Of a DNA stretch of 64,000 nt, positions 8,561-17,975 are shown piece after piece. Source of the stretch: a virus. The stretch lies in IMG/VR virus record IMGVR_UViG_3300034066_001346, positions 32,798 to 96,797 of that record; one strand, 5' to 3'. Under the pieces are notes generated by a model that saw only the letters and a program-made list of their open reading frames with translations, searched no databases and was not told where the DNA came from. Both the position numbers and the translations under genes were made by a program. The number at the start of each line of letters is the position of its first letter. The stretch's first letter is position 1.

Positions 8561-8629
8561 TATTTATCCTTAATATTAATGAGCATTTTAAAGACTTGCT
8601 CAGGTCTGCCTTCGGTAGCGAATCGAAGA

Positions 8630-9049
8630 TTATTTAACCTTAATTGTTTTAGGCTTTTTTTCTTCTGGAACAATTCGATCTACGTTAATATGCAACATAC
8701 CATCTTCAATCTTTGCTCCAGTAACTTCCATATATTCGCCAAGTGCGAATGTTCTTGTAAACTTTCTAGACGCAATTCCCTTATGCAGGTACTCTCCGTC
8801 TGTTACTTCTTGAATCTCTCCAGTTACAATTAGTGCACCATTATTTACAGATACATTTATATCGTCTTTTGTAAATCCAGCCACTGCAATTGATACTTGA
8901 AAAGTATCTTCATCTAGCTTTAAAACATCATATGGAGGATAAGTTTGTCTAGCTGCTATTTGATGCACACTATTCATTCTTTCCAGATCACGATTAAAGC
9001 CTATAAAAAATGGATCTCTAAAAAGATCCATAGCAAATTGTGTTACCAT
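8630..9049 (-). CDS. Small heat shock protein Hsp20 (IbpA-like)
   Basis: YPPYD, AVAGF, YLHKGIASRKFTRTF, DGMLHI and C-terminal IKV. Start ATG 9049 has an AGGAG SD. Confidence 0.95.
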   Translation of the reverse strand: MVTQFAMDLFRDPFFIGFNRDLERMNSVHQIAARQTYPPYDVLKLDEDTFQVSIAVAGFTKDDINVSVNNGALIVTGEIQEVTDGEYLHKGIASRKFTRTFALGEYMEVTGAKIEDGMLHINVDRIVPEEKKPKTIKVK

Positions 9050-9104
9050 TTTATTTCTCCTTTTAAGCAAGTAATATGGCCACCCCCTTTTGGCAGGTGA
9101 CCAT
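9050..9104 (-). promoter_or_regulatory. ROSE-like RNA thermometer in the hsp20 5' UTR
   Basis: GC-rich hairpin followed by CUUGCU-UAAA-AGGAG, where the UUGCU motif pairs with the SD. TGGTATAAT promoter with the hexamer at 9108-9113. Confidence 0.6.
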
Positions 9105-9137
9105 ATTATTATACCATTTAAGCAACTAGAAATGCAA

Positions 9138-9545
9138 CTACTTTTTTGATTTTGCTCTTGCCTTTGCTAAAGCATCAAAATCTTTAATCTTGGTATCTCC
9201 CATGTATCCCCAAGCATGTCCGTCTATAATCATTTGCTCATTAATAGACTTTTCTGATCCATCAAGAAACACCCAACCTAAAATTCTTCCATATTTTTCT
9301 GAAGAATCCATCTTTTCTGTTTTAATAACTACAGTCTTTGCTGAATCAATTGCATTTTTTAAATAGGACTTTGCTTCTAAGCCAAGCGCTTTCTCCATTT
9401 TATCTACAGTTCTGCTTTCTGGAGTATCAATTCCAGCTAACCTAACTCTTGAGCTAAATGAGATATCAAAACCCAAATCTATATCTACATCAATTGTATC
9501 TCCGTCTACAACCTTAGTAACTTTTTTTACATAGTATTCAAACAT
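9138..9545 (-). CDS. Thermonuclease (SNase-like) nuclease
   Basis: VVDGDT, RVRLAGIDTPE and KYGRILG motifs. Confidence 0.92.
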   Translation of the reverse strand: MFEYYVKKVTKVVDGDTIDVDIDLGFDISFSSRVRLAGIDTPESRTVDKMEKALGLEAKSYLKNAIDSAKTVVIKTEKMDSSEKYGRILGWVFLDGSEKSINEQMIIDGHAWGYMGDTKIKDFDALAKARAKSKK

Positions 9546-10159
9546 TACTTTGTTGCTGCTGGCTTTCCGCCGCCACCCTTTGCTGGCTTTGCTGGTGCTG
9601 CCTTTTTAGAAACTGGCTTATCCGTCTTTGGCTTAACTGCTTGACCAAATGTTGGGCGTCCAAATCCTACAATAAATACTGGTTGGCTCTTGCGAAGCTT
9701 TGACCCATTCTTCTTCTTATATGCACGATTCTTAAGGCATGCTTGTCCGCCATTTCTCTGATCTCCCTTTTTATCTGGACTAGTATTTCCTTCTGCAACA
9801 TCAACTGTTCCATCTGCATTAACTGCAGTAACAATTCCTACATGAGAAATTCTATCGACACCATCGTTTGGAAAATCAAAATACGCTATATCTCCAACTG
9901 CTGGTGTTGCTGTATCTACTGGCTGCCAGGTGCCTGCTTTAATAAATGCTTGTGCACCTGCTGGAGTGTAGACTGTATTAGGCATCTTTACCCCAGCCTC
10001 ATTTGCACACCACATTATATAACTTCCGCACCATGGTTGGAAGTTGGACTTTGTAAACTTACCATACTTTGTCTCGTTATCTTTTGGACCTTCAATGTAT
10101 CCAATTTCTGCCAACGCTACTTCTACTAATCTTGCTGCTGATCCTTGTACTGCTGCCAT
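9545..10159 (-). CDS. CHAP-domain peptidoglycan hydrolase (putative endolysin)
   Basis: PWCG, SHVGIV and EGNT catalytic motifs; Lys/Ala/Pro-rich tail. Confidence 0.88.
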   Translation of the reverse strand: MAAVQGSAARLVEVALAEIGYIEGPKDNETKYGKFTKSNFQPWCGSYIMWCANEAGVKMPNTVYTPAGAQAFIKAGTWQPVDTATPAVGDIAYFDFPNDGVDRISHVGIVTAVNADGTVDVAEGNTSPDKKGDQRNGGQACLKNRAYKKKNGSKLRKSQPVFIVGFGRPTFGQAVKPKTDKPVSKKAAPAKPAKGGGGKPAATK

Positions 10160-10241
10160 TTCAATTCTCCCTAATTTTCTTTATTTCAGTATTTAAACAA
10201 TACATCATTTATATTCTTATTATACCATTTCTATATTTAGA

Positions 10242-10919
10242 CTATCTAATTGAGTTATTTATGTGAAGAAGCTTAATTGACTCTACGTTTACATGCTTTG
10301 GCATAGAAACAGACCACCTAACTGCCTCAGCAACATCCTCTGGAGTCAGCCTATTTTCAGCGTCACCCTGATTTCTGCTATTAACATTACCAGGTGCGAT
10401 CTCGGTAACCCTGACATTTTGGTATAGCATTTCCATTCTTAGCAGTTCAGATAGCGCAACCTCTGCATGCTTTGCTACTGTGTATCCAGAACCTCCACGA
10501 TATACATAATGACCGCATGTCGAAGTTATAAAAATAACATGCCCATCTTCATTCTTGATCATATTTGGGACCAGGAGTCTAGTAAGATTTACTGGTGCTA
10601 GAACATTTAGATTATAAGCGTATCTCCATCTATCCAATGAGTCATTTATTATTGGAAGGTTAGTTGCTCCCCCGCCTGCATTATTTACTAAAACAGATAC
10701 ATCTTTATCACCTAAATATGAAACAAACTGGTTTACTGCGTCCTCATCAGTAATGTCTAGAGTGTAAGACTCAATGTTTGGGTCACCTGACGCTAAATCT
10801 TCAATTTCATCTGTGCTTCTAGCAACAGCAATAACATGAAAGCCGTCAGAGGAAAGAGCCTTGCAGGTGGCCTTTCCAATACCAAAACTTGCTCCAGTTA
10901 CAATTGCAATCTTTTTCAT
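10242..10919 (-). CDS. SDR-family oxidoreductase (YdfG-like)
   Basis: TGASFGIG, NNAG and YTVAK motifs. Confidence 0.92.
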   Translation of the reverse strand: MKKIAIVTGASFGIGKATCKALSSDGFHVIAVARSTDEIEDLASGDPNIESYTLDITDEDAVNQFVSYLGDKDVSVLVNNAGGGATNLPIINDSLDRWRYAYNLNVLAPVNLTRLLVPNMIKNEDGHVIFITSTCGHYVYRGGSGYTVAKHAEVALSELLRMEMLYQNVRVTEIAPGNVNSRNQGDAENRLTPEDVAEAVRWSVSMPKHVNVESIKLLHINNSIR

Positions 10920-10920
10920 A

Positions 10921-11691
10921 TTAACATTCCTTTATCTTGTTGTTTGTAAAAATTTCATCTAAAAATGGTTTATATAGATGAGGCTTTAAATGATCATTCA
11001 TAATGATTGGCATTTTTTTAGGCTGCATATGAGGCTCAATCATGTCTGTCTTCATTATATCTATGCTGCTTATTGGATCTTCAAGTCCGTATTGTCTTGA
11101 ATATTTTTTCAATGAGTCAATAAATTCATAATGGTATTCGTATCTTGTTTCAAAATCTATGTCTGGGTCGGCAGAATTTAAAACCCATCCATTTATAATG
11201 TACGTTATAAACTGAGGAAGGGGCTCCATAAATACGATGTTTGCCTTATCAAACTTCTTTATTGTTTTTTCAACATACATTTTAGCTACATCGTCAGTAT
11301 TTTTATATCTTGGAAGGTAATTTCGTATATCAACATATCCTAAAAATGGTACGATATTGCTAGACTTATTATTCCATTCATTCATATACTCATAATCTTC
11401 ATAGTTAAACCTATAGGCTGATGCTCCAGGATGATATGAAAATGATAAATTATGCTGACTATCAGAATAAGAGTATACGCCTTCTTTGTATCTTATAAAG
11501 ATCTTAACTTCCTCTTCTATGACCTTTCCGTTGTCCATCCAGCTTTCTTGATTAAATCTATAATAGTTATTTGTCATTTTATTATCTGAATCACGAAAAA
11601 CATGCTCATCATTTTGCGATCTAAAATAATCTGGCATTAGGTATGAAATCTTGGCTGTCTGTGAGTCTCCAATTATGTGTATATTTTTCAT
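10921..11691 (-). CDS. Hypothetical protein, SGNH-hydrolase-like
   Basis: N-terminal HIIGDS and C-terminal NDH. Confidence 0.55.
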   Translation of the reverse strand: MKNIHIIGDSQTAKISYLMPDYFRSQNDEHVFRDSDNKMTNNYYRFNQESWMDNGKVIEEEVKIFIRYKEGVYSYSDSQHNLSFSYHPGASAYRFNYEDYEYMNEWNNKSSNIVPFLGYVDIRNYLPRYKNTDDVAKMYVEKTIKKFDKANIVFMEPLPQFITYIINGWVLNSADPDIDFETRYEYHYEFIDSLKKYSRQYGLEDPISSIDIMKTDMIEPHMQPKKMPIIMNDHLKPHLYKPFLDEIFTNNKIKEC

Positions 11692-11710
11692 AGCCCCCTC
11701 ATTTATTAAG

Positions 11711-11783
11711 TGCCCTTGGCAGGAGTCGAACCTGCGGCCAGTCGGGTAGAAACCGAATGCTCTGTCCTCTGAGCTACAAAGGC
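11711..11783 (-). tRNA. tRNA-Arg(TCT)
   Basis: Acceptor stem GCCTTTG/CAAGGGC, anticodon loop TT-TCT-AC, T-loop GTTCGAC; no encoded CCA. Confidence 0.92.
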
Positions 11784-11797
11784 ATTTAAGAAGTATA

Positions 11798-12763
11798 TCA
11801 AATTAAAAACCTTTTGGCTATAGCATCAGTAAAAATATCCGCCACATGTTGGTGTCTGTGAGAGCCCCAGTGTGCTTCACCTAATCCGCTTTCTGCATCA
11901 AACCCTATATCGAATCTAGTTGGATCTTCATTTTTTAGATCTCTGTGGCACTCTTTATCTAAAGAATAAGTACATTTCATGTCCTCTAAATTTAAATCCC
12001 ATTCCCAGTTATAATTTTCTATATCTATAAATCCTGAAAGCCCATAACTATTCCTATCTTGAATTTTTTGAATAGATCTTGAATGACCTTCTTGCCATGT
12101 TGTCCATAATAAATTTATGCCAGAGGACTTACAATATTGCTCTAAAAGGTTTATCATTGTCATTGATAAAAAATAAGCATTATCTGGTGCAAGTATGTTT
12201 TCTATCTCGGTTGGAAGCTTTACAACCTTTGGCCCCATTCCTTCTGGGCGCACATGCTGAATATTATCCCAGTAATTAGTGTCAGTTAGTTGATCTTTCT
12301 TAAATCTATTATTGTCATACTTATTGTATCCATAATTATAATTTTTTGTTCTAGTAAATCTATAAAAATCTGGGAAAATGCATAACAATGTCTTTGGATT
12401 GCCATACATTCTACAGTATTCAAAAATGTTTGAAACTATAATAAATACTGATCCTCCTGGTGATCCCAAATTTTGATGGGACACCCCTTTTTCTTTTGCA
12501 ATTAAATTGCTCCACAAATATTTAAGAGGTATACCAGTACCAAAAACAAAAGAATCTCCAGCAAAAAGTATATCTGGGTTATCAATAAATTCATCAGACC
12601 TAAATCCAAAGGAGTTTCTCTCATAGTATTCGTTCCTGAACATTAAGTCTGTTGGTCTCTTGAGCTTGTTTAAAAATATTGAATCCACAGCAGATGAATC
12701 AAATCTATAGTTGCTAGATTGAATTTCATGATATACACAGTTATCAAAATCTAGATCTTTCAA
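11798..12763 (-). CDS. SGNH/GDSL-like protein
   Basis: NSFGFRSDEF, FAGDSFVFG, NLGSPGGS and C-terminal HWG..H. Confidence 0.7.
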   Translation of the reverse strand: MKDLDFDNCVYHEIQSSNYRFDSSAVDSIFLNKLKRPTDLMFRNEYYERNSFGFRSDEFIDNPDILFAGDSFVFGTGIPLKYLWSNLIAKEKGVSHQNLGSPGGSVFIIVSNIFEYCRMYGNPKTLLCIFPDFYRFTRTKNYNYGYNKYDNNRFKKDQLTDTNYWDNIQHVRPEGMGPKVVKLPTEIENILAPDNAYFLSMTMINLLEQYCKSSGINLLWTTWQEGHSRSIQKIQDRNSYGLSGFIDIENYNWEWDLNLEDMKCTYSLDKECHRDLKNEDPTRFDIGFDAESGLGEAHWGSHRHQHVADIFTDAIAKRFLI

Positions 12764-12849
12764 TATATATACCTGCCCCTGCTATTCTTTTTTTTAAATT
12801 TAGATTTAATCTTAAAATAAAAACTATATAAATAATACTTTATTAACAC
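12760..12849 (-). CDS. Small basic peptide downstream of the carbamoyltransferase (29 aa)
   Basis: Hand-translated from GTG: MLIKYYLYSFYFKIKSKFKKKNSRGRYIY. Its TGA overlaps the TTG start of the next gene. Confidence 0.5.
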   Translation of the reverse strand: MLIKYYLYSFYFKIKSKFKKKNSRGRYIY

Positions 12850-12869
12850 TAATCTGCCCTCAACATTCT

Positions 12870-14291
12870 TTAAGAAATTATTTCTTTATCGTAAGCTTTA
12901 TTCCATAAAATAATATCATCACTATCATTTAAAAGCGGCTGTCCTTTTATATTTAAGCTGGTGTTTAGTAATACTGGAACTCCAGTATGCCAGTACCATT
13001 GTCTTAATAAAAAATGAAGCTGTGGATGATCATATTCGTTTACTGTTTGAACCCTAGATGTTCCATCTACATGAACTACAGATGGAATTTTATCAGGCTG
13101 CTTGCATTTAACTGAATACTGCATGTATGGAGTTGATTTTGTTGGCATATCAAACCACTCATCTGCAAAATGCTCAAGAACAACTGGAGCGAAGGGCCTG
13201 AATAGCTCTCTCTGCTTAATTTGATTTACCTTATCCTTTATATCTGGATCTCTTGGGTCTGCCAATATGCTTCTATTCCCAAATGCTCTCGGCCCATACT
13301 CAGCTCTACCTGATGCTACTGCAGCAATTTTATTTTCTTTTAGTTCTGCAAGCACTCTGTCTACTGGCCACCTTTCACCAATATTAGTTCCTAGATACGG
13401 ACCCTTCCAATTCAAATGCTTACCGTATAGTGCTGCTGCTGCACCAAGGGAGCTTCCTGCGTCACCAGGATTTGGCATAATCCATATGTTATTAAATATT
13501 TTCCATAGAGCAGTATTTGCAGAACAATTTAAAGCGCAACCACCCATAAATACTAAATTGTTTTTACCAGTTATTTGCTTTGCCATGCTCATAAATTCCA
13601 TGAGTCTACTCTGATAAACAGCTTGAACGGCAGCGGCAATATCAAATTTATCTTGATCGCTGATTACTTCATTCCAATCATATATACCTTTATGAAAGTT
13701 ATATTTTTGCTTATGATATGAAGGGAAATATTCACCAACCTTTTTCAAGTATTTATTTGAATCTCCGTACCCAGCCATGCCCATCATTATGTACTCTTCT
13801 TGATTTGGCATTAGACCAATTAGCTCTGTAAATGCAGAATAAAATAATCCAAAGCTGACTGGGTAGTTTTGCTTGTATTTTAATTTGATTTTTTCATTTT
13901 CACCAGACCAAACCGTGGAGGTGTTGTACTCTCCTATAGCATCTAATACGACTACAACTGCATCCTTAAATGAGCTTGTATAGTATCCAGCTGCGGCATG
14001 TGAGTAATGATGTTTAAAATAATGAACTGGTACGTCGAGTGGTATATTTGGCTTCCAGTCTCCAGCTCCGCCCCTTAAAAATATTCTAGACCTTTTTAGC
14101 CAAGGCTTCTCGTAATAAGCAATTGCATCTGGAGTTCCATATTCTAAAGCATTCTGAATAATTTCTTCATTATTATACCAATCATTTTTTTTCTTGCTAT
14201 ATCTTTCTGCATGAGCAGCAAAAAGTATATCGCCATCTTTTATTAAAGACACCGATGCGTCATGTGAAGTTTCATTTATACCTAATATTAT
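12870..14291 (-). CDS. Carbamoyltransferase (NodU/CmcH/TobZ family)
   Basis: ILGINETSHDAS, ERYSKKKND, HHYSHAA, GGCALN, GRAEYGPRAFGNRSILA, FRPFAP and NTSLN. The conserved N-terminus extends upstream of the GTG at 14252 to an ATA at 14291. Confidence 0.93.
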   Translation of the reverse strand: MILGINETSHDASVSLIKDGDILFAAHAERYSKKKNDWYNNEEIIQNALEYGTPDAIAYYEKPWLKRSRIFLRGGAGDWKPNIPLDVPVHYFKHHYSHAAAGYYTSSFKDAVVVVLDAIGEYNTSTVWSGENEKIKLKYKQNYPVSFGLFYSAFTELIGLMPNQEEYIMMGMAGYGDSNKYLKKVGEYFPSYHKQKYNFHKGIYDWNEVISDQDKFDIAAAVQAVYQSRLMEFMSMAKQITGKNNLVFMGGCALNCSANTALWKIFNNIWIMPNPGDAGSSLGAAAALYGKHLNWKGPYLGTNIGERWPVDRVLAELKENKIAAVASGRAEYGPRAFGNRSILADPRDPDIKDKVNQIKQRELFRPFAPVVLEHFADEWFDMPTKSTPYMQYSVKCKQPDKIPSVVHVDGTSRVQTVNEYDHPQLHFLLRQWYWHTGVPVLLNTSLNIKGQPLLNDSDDIILWNKAYDKEIIS

Positions 14292-15421
14292 AATTTTTTT
14301 GACCTTTCAATAAAAGATTCGGCTATGTGTCTATGCTTGTGCACACCCCAGTGTCCTTCCCATTCAGATATTTCTACATCTTTTCCCCAATAAAAATACT
14401 CAGGGTATTTTTCTTTTAAATCTAGGTGGCAGATGTCTTCTGAATCAGAAAAAACTTTTGAGTGATTGTAGCTATCATTTGAATCTGAAAAAACATTATA
14501 CGGAACATATCTTTCGGAAACCCTAGATCCACCAGGATTCTCAACAGTTTGGGTATCAGCTTCAAATATTTTTGCTGCCCAGCTTTCAACATCTAGCTCA
14601 ACAAAAGAGTCGTACTTTAAAAAATCTTTTTGTATTTTTAAAATAGTTTTGTATACTTTTGGTTCCCATACTGACCATAAAAATTTTATACCTAAGTCTT
14701 TGCAGTACTGCTCTAGTATTAATATTTTTTTTATAGAATTAAATATAGAAAGCTCTATTCCTAAAACATCATTAATTTGGTAAGGCTTTCTAGAGTATGA
14801 TGGCTTTAAATCAATATCCTGATTCTTAGAAAAATGTGCATCAACAATAAATATCTGTCCATCAGTAGGCATTCCAAAGTAACTGAACTCGCTAACATTT
14901 ATATTTGGATTAATTGGGAATCGCATTCTTGTAAAATCGGGGAATAGGCAAAATATAAACTTTGGCTTCTTATACAATTTTAGATAAGAAAAAACAGAAT
15001 CTACAATCCAGTCTGAGCTTACGCCTGGCTTTCCTAAATTAGCATATGAGAGACCTAACTCATTTGCCAAAGATACGCCCCATATACATTCTTCTGGTAC
15101 GCCTAAGCCAAATGTGTAGGAGCACCCAGCTAATAATAAATCTGCATCATTAAATTCTGGAGAACGAAAATCTAAAGAATTATAAGAGTACTCTGTAAAC
15201 CTATCCATGACTAATTCTTTTCCTTTATAAGGCCTTGTAAAACCCTGCTTCTTTAAATTAGATCTTTTTTCAATAGACATTCCAGTTTTATTTAAATCCT
15301 CAATATTGTTATAAAAAATATCACGGATTGTTTCTTCAGATATTTTATAGTTTTTATTTTTCTTTTCTGGATAAAGAATAGCGTCATAAAAGTCATTACC
15401 GCCACTGCTTTTATTAAGCAT
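14288..15421 (-). CDS. SGNH/GDSL-like protein, paralogue of 11798..12763
   Basis: NSLDFRSPEF, LAGCSYTFG, NLGKPGVS, FPDFTR, LEQYC and HWG.H.H, all shared with the paralogue. Confidence 0.7.
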   Translation of the reverse strand: MLNKSSGGNDFYDAILYPEKKNKNYKISEETIRDIFYNNIEDLNKTGMSIEKRSNLKKQGFTRPYKGKELVMDRFTEYSYNSLDFRSPEFNDADLLLAGCSYTFGLGVPEECIWGVSLANELGLSYANLGKPGVSSDWIVDSVFSYLKLYKKPKFIFCLFPDFTRMRFPINPNINVSEFSYFGMPTDGQIFIVDAHFSKNQDIDLKPSYSRKPYQINDVLGIELSIFNSIKKILILEQYCKDLGIKFLWSVWEPKVYKTILKIQKDFLKYDSFVELDVESWAAKIFEADTQTVENPGGSRVSERYVPYNVFSDSNDSYNHSKVFSDSEDICHLDLKEKYPEYFYWGKDVEISEWEGHWGVHKHRHIAESFIERSKKL

Positions 15422-15647
15422 TACTTATTGTTCTTTCTACAATTTGCTGAACATATTCTGAAAAATGCTTTCTTATGTTACCAGAAGGTCTACTTCCTAA
15501 AGAAATCCATATTCTTTTATACTCCATTATATTTGCAAACGTGGTGGGACAAACCACAATATCGTGGTACTCTTTAAGCACAGTTGGCAGAGGCACGTGC
15601 TTGCCGCAACACTTGCATTCTTTAGCTTTTTCTTGGTACGTACTCAT
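15414..15647 (-). CDS. Hypothetical Cys-rich protein
   Basis: CKCCG...CP; ATGA-coupled to terL. Confidence 0.7.
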   Translation of the reverse strand: MSTYQEKAKECKCCGKHVPLPTVLKEYHDIVVCPTTFANIMEYKRIWISLGSRPSGNIRKHFSEYVQQIVERTISNA

Positions 15648-17440
15648 ATTATTAACATCCTATCCATTGATTCTTTTAATTCTTGTGGCATTCGTGGTGC
15701 CCTTATCATATTTTGAGCATACTCTATCTCTTCACTATCTCGATCATTTAGCATTGAGCTATAAGTATGAATATCTATTTCTTGATTATTTTCAAATCTT
15801 GTTCTGCTTATTGCATTGTATATTGATCCACATACAGCATCAGCTAAGTCTTTTGACCCTTTTCTTGGGTGATCAACTCTATCACGCATAATCTTTAGCT
15901 GAAGTAATTCATCTATTAAAAGAGGAATTCTGGGGCCAAGAAGTCTTTCTTCTAGTACTATCATAGCCATATCGTCGTAGTGTTTTTTTGCGACAGACAA
16001 AATTTCAGTGTTAATTCCATACTGCTTTAGCTGTTGCATCATGTCGTGAGAGTTCCATCGGTCAAATGTACAAACACGTATCTTAAATCCCATAGTTCTT
16101 AATGCTAAAATATAATCTTTAACCTCAGTAAAGTCTACAGACTTATCTGCTGTTGGAGTCCAATACCTTACTGCATCCACCTCAACTATTGGTGCTGGCT
16201 GAGAATATTCATTTGTTATTTTTATGTTAACCCATTTTTGCACATGAGCCAAAGACACTGCACAGTGGTCATGCTTTTGTGCTAAGTCGACATGTATAAA
16301 ATATTCTTTATCTGGGTCTGGTGCAAACCAGTTTTCAAATCTACCAAAGCCGTCTATGGCAATTGCAGTATTTCTAAATGCCGATTCTATTTTTTCTCTT
16401 GACTTAAAGAATGCATCTATTGCTTCTGCTGGCATGCAAGCAAATCTTCCTAGTGCATCAGATGGATTCTTATAGAATGCAACCTTAAAGTCTTCTATTT
16501 TTCTAACTGGATTAACATCCCATGTTGGTCTTTTAAGAGCATACATCTTTGGATACTTATAAGATATTATATGATCTTCTTCCCACTCTACGTCGAACTC
16601 ATTCCCAGCTGTTCCATCTGGAAGATCGTCGTCTAATTTAAAATGATGTGTTCTAACAACAACTTCTTTTTCAGCAACTACGTCGTCATATCTTTGCTGA
16701 ATATAATCATTTTTATAACGTGGAAATGAAAGTAGAATTACTTTGCCAAAGTCTGGGAATCTTGAGTCTACTGATGCCCTGTACATATCATAGATTGCTG
16801 ATCCAGTCTTTGCTTGCTCGTGACCAGTTGTATTTTCTATAGCAAAGCCAGAAATTTCATCAAGAATAATTACAATAACATTGTATCCTTCCCATGCCTC
16901 TCTTTCAGAGTGACCTGAGTGTACTGTGATAGCTTTATCAAACTTAATTTCAGAAGCCTTTGGGTCGTACTTTCCTGTAAACCATGGCGACTTATCTATT
17001 CGTGTTTTAAAACCTTTAAAGAAAACATTATTTGCCTGCTGAGAGTTAATTGCAATATTAATAATATCAATTGAGTCTCCAGGAGGCTTTCCATAATAAG
17101 TTGCTGGATCTTTTAGACACAATAGTAAATATACTATATAAGAAACTGCAATTGTGGAGCAGTAATCTTTTCCAGACCCCTTTCCTAATTGTGCAACGAC
17201 TTCATTAGCCGTTTGCTTAAACATTCTTTTGCCTTCTTGTTCGCCAAAAAGCTTAATGAGAGTTGACTCTTTATATATCTGGGAACTTTTTTCAATTAGA
17301 GTGTACTGATATTCAGAAAGTGGTGGTAGCCCTAAATAGTTTGGGCTCTGCACAAATGTTCTTAAATCGACTGGCTTTTCTTCAAACTCTTCGCCATCAA
17401 GTATGTCAATTAAATCATTAAAATCAAATTCCACTTGCAT
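15644..17440 (-). CDS. terL: Terminase large subunit
   Basis: Walker A-like GKGSGKD, Walker B IILDE, RNase-H-like HVDLA...KDLADA. Confidence 0.9.
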   Translation of the reverse strand: MQVEFDFNDLIDILDGEEFEEKPVDLRTFVQSPNYLGLPPLSEYQYTLIEKSSQIYKESTLIKLFGEQEGKRMFKQTANEVVAQLGKGSGKDYCSTIAVSYIVYLLLCLKDPATYYGKPPGDSIDIINIAINSQQANNVFFKGFKTRIDKSPWFTGKYDPKASEIKFDKAITVHSGHSEREAWEGYNVIVIILDEISGFAIENTTGHEQAKTGSAIYDMYRASVDSRFPDFGKVILLSFPRYKNDYIQQRYDDVVAEKEVVVRTHHFKLDDDLPDGTAGNEFDVEWEEDHIISYKYPKMYALKRPTWDVNPVRKIEDFKVAFYKNPSDALGRFACMPAEAIDAFFKSREKIESAFRNTAIAIDGFGRFENWFAPDPDKEYFIHVDLAQKHDHCAVSLAHVQKWVNIKITNEYSQPAPIVEVDAVRYWTPTADKSVDFTEVKDYILALRTMGFKIRVCTFDRWNSHDMMQQLKQYGINTEILSVAKKHYDDMAMIVLEERLLGPRIPLLIDELLQLKIMRDRVDHPRKGSKDLADAVCGSIYNAISRTRFENNQEIDIHTYSSMLNDRDSEEIEYAQNMIRAPRMPQELKESMDRMLII

Positions 17441-17960
17441 CCTCTATGACTACTGCTTCAACTATTCCAGTAATTTGAGACAATCTTTTTGCAACATCCA
17501 TCTTACATTTAGGGCAAGTAGAGGTAACCTCTTTTAATATCTTTACCAAAACCTCTTGCTTACGTTCTGCTTCTGCAATTTGTGAAGCCAATTCATTATT
17601 TTCAAGTACGCCGACATCTTGAAGCATGCCTATTCTTTTGCCCTCAATGTCCGCTATAAGCTTTAATGCGCCAGCCTTAACATTTAGTTGACCAGACTGG
17701 TCTGCGTCCTCTACGGTCTTCCAGGCCTCTTTAATGAGCATTGCATAGTGTTGGTCGGCACCTGAGATGGCTTCCTTAGCACGGTCTCTAAGGCTGCTAT
17801 CATTATGAACAACGCTCTTCCACTCATCAATAAACTCAACAACCTCTTTACGAGAAAATCCAGTTATAGAAGCAATCTGGGTAGCACTATTACCCTTTAG
17901 CAGTTCTTCAACCACCTTGTTCATTCTATCAAAATGTTGTGCGAGTTCTATTTCAGCCAT
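17424..17960 (-). CDS. Probable terminase small subunit (HTH)
   Basis: N-terminal HTH (SATQIASITGFSRKEV), helical body, directly upstream of terL. Confidence 0.65.
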   Translation of the reverse strand: MAEIELAQHFDRMNKVVEELLKGNSATQIASITGFSRKEVVEFIDEWKSVVHNDSSLRDRAKEAISGADQHYAMLIKEAWKTVEDADQSGQLNVKAGALKLIADIEGKRIGMLQDVGVLENNELASQIAEAERKQEVLVKILKEVTSTCPKCKMDVAKRLSQITGIVEAVVIEDASGI

Positions 17961-17975
17961 AGTTTAATTATACTT

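Noticed and set aside
10160-10208. 15-codon ORF upstream of the CHAP gene as a leader peptide
   Set aside because: Too short, with no attenuator structure or telling codon run; likely chance in AT-rich DNA.
11711-11783. tRNA as an attachment site / prophage boundary
   Set aside because: No integrase or duplicated tRNA 3' end in the window, and phage-type genes lie on both sides.
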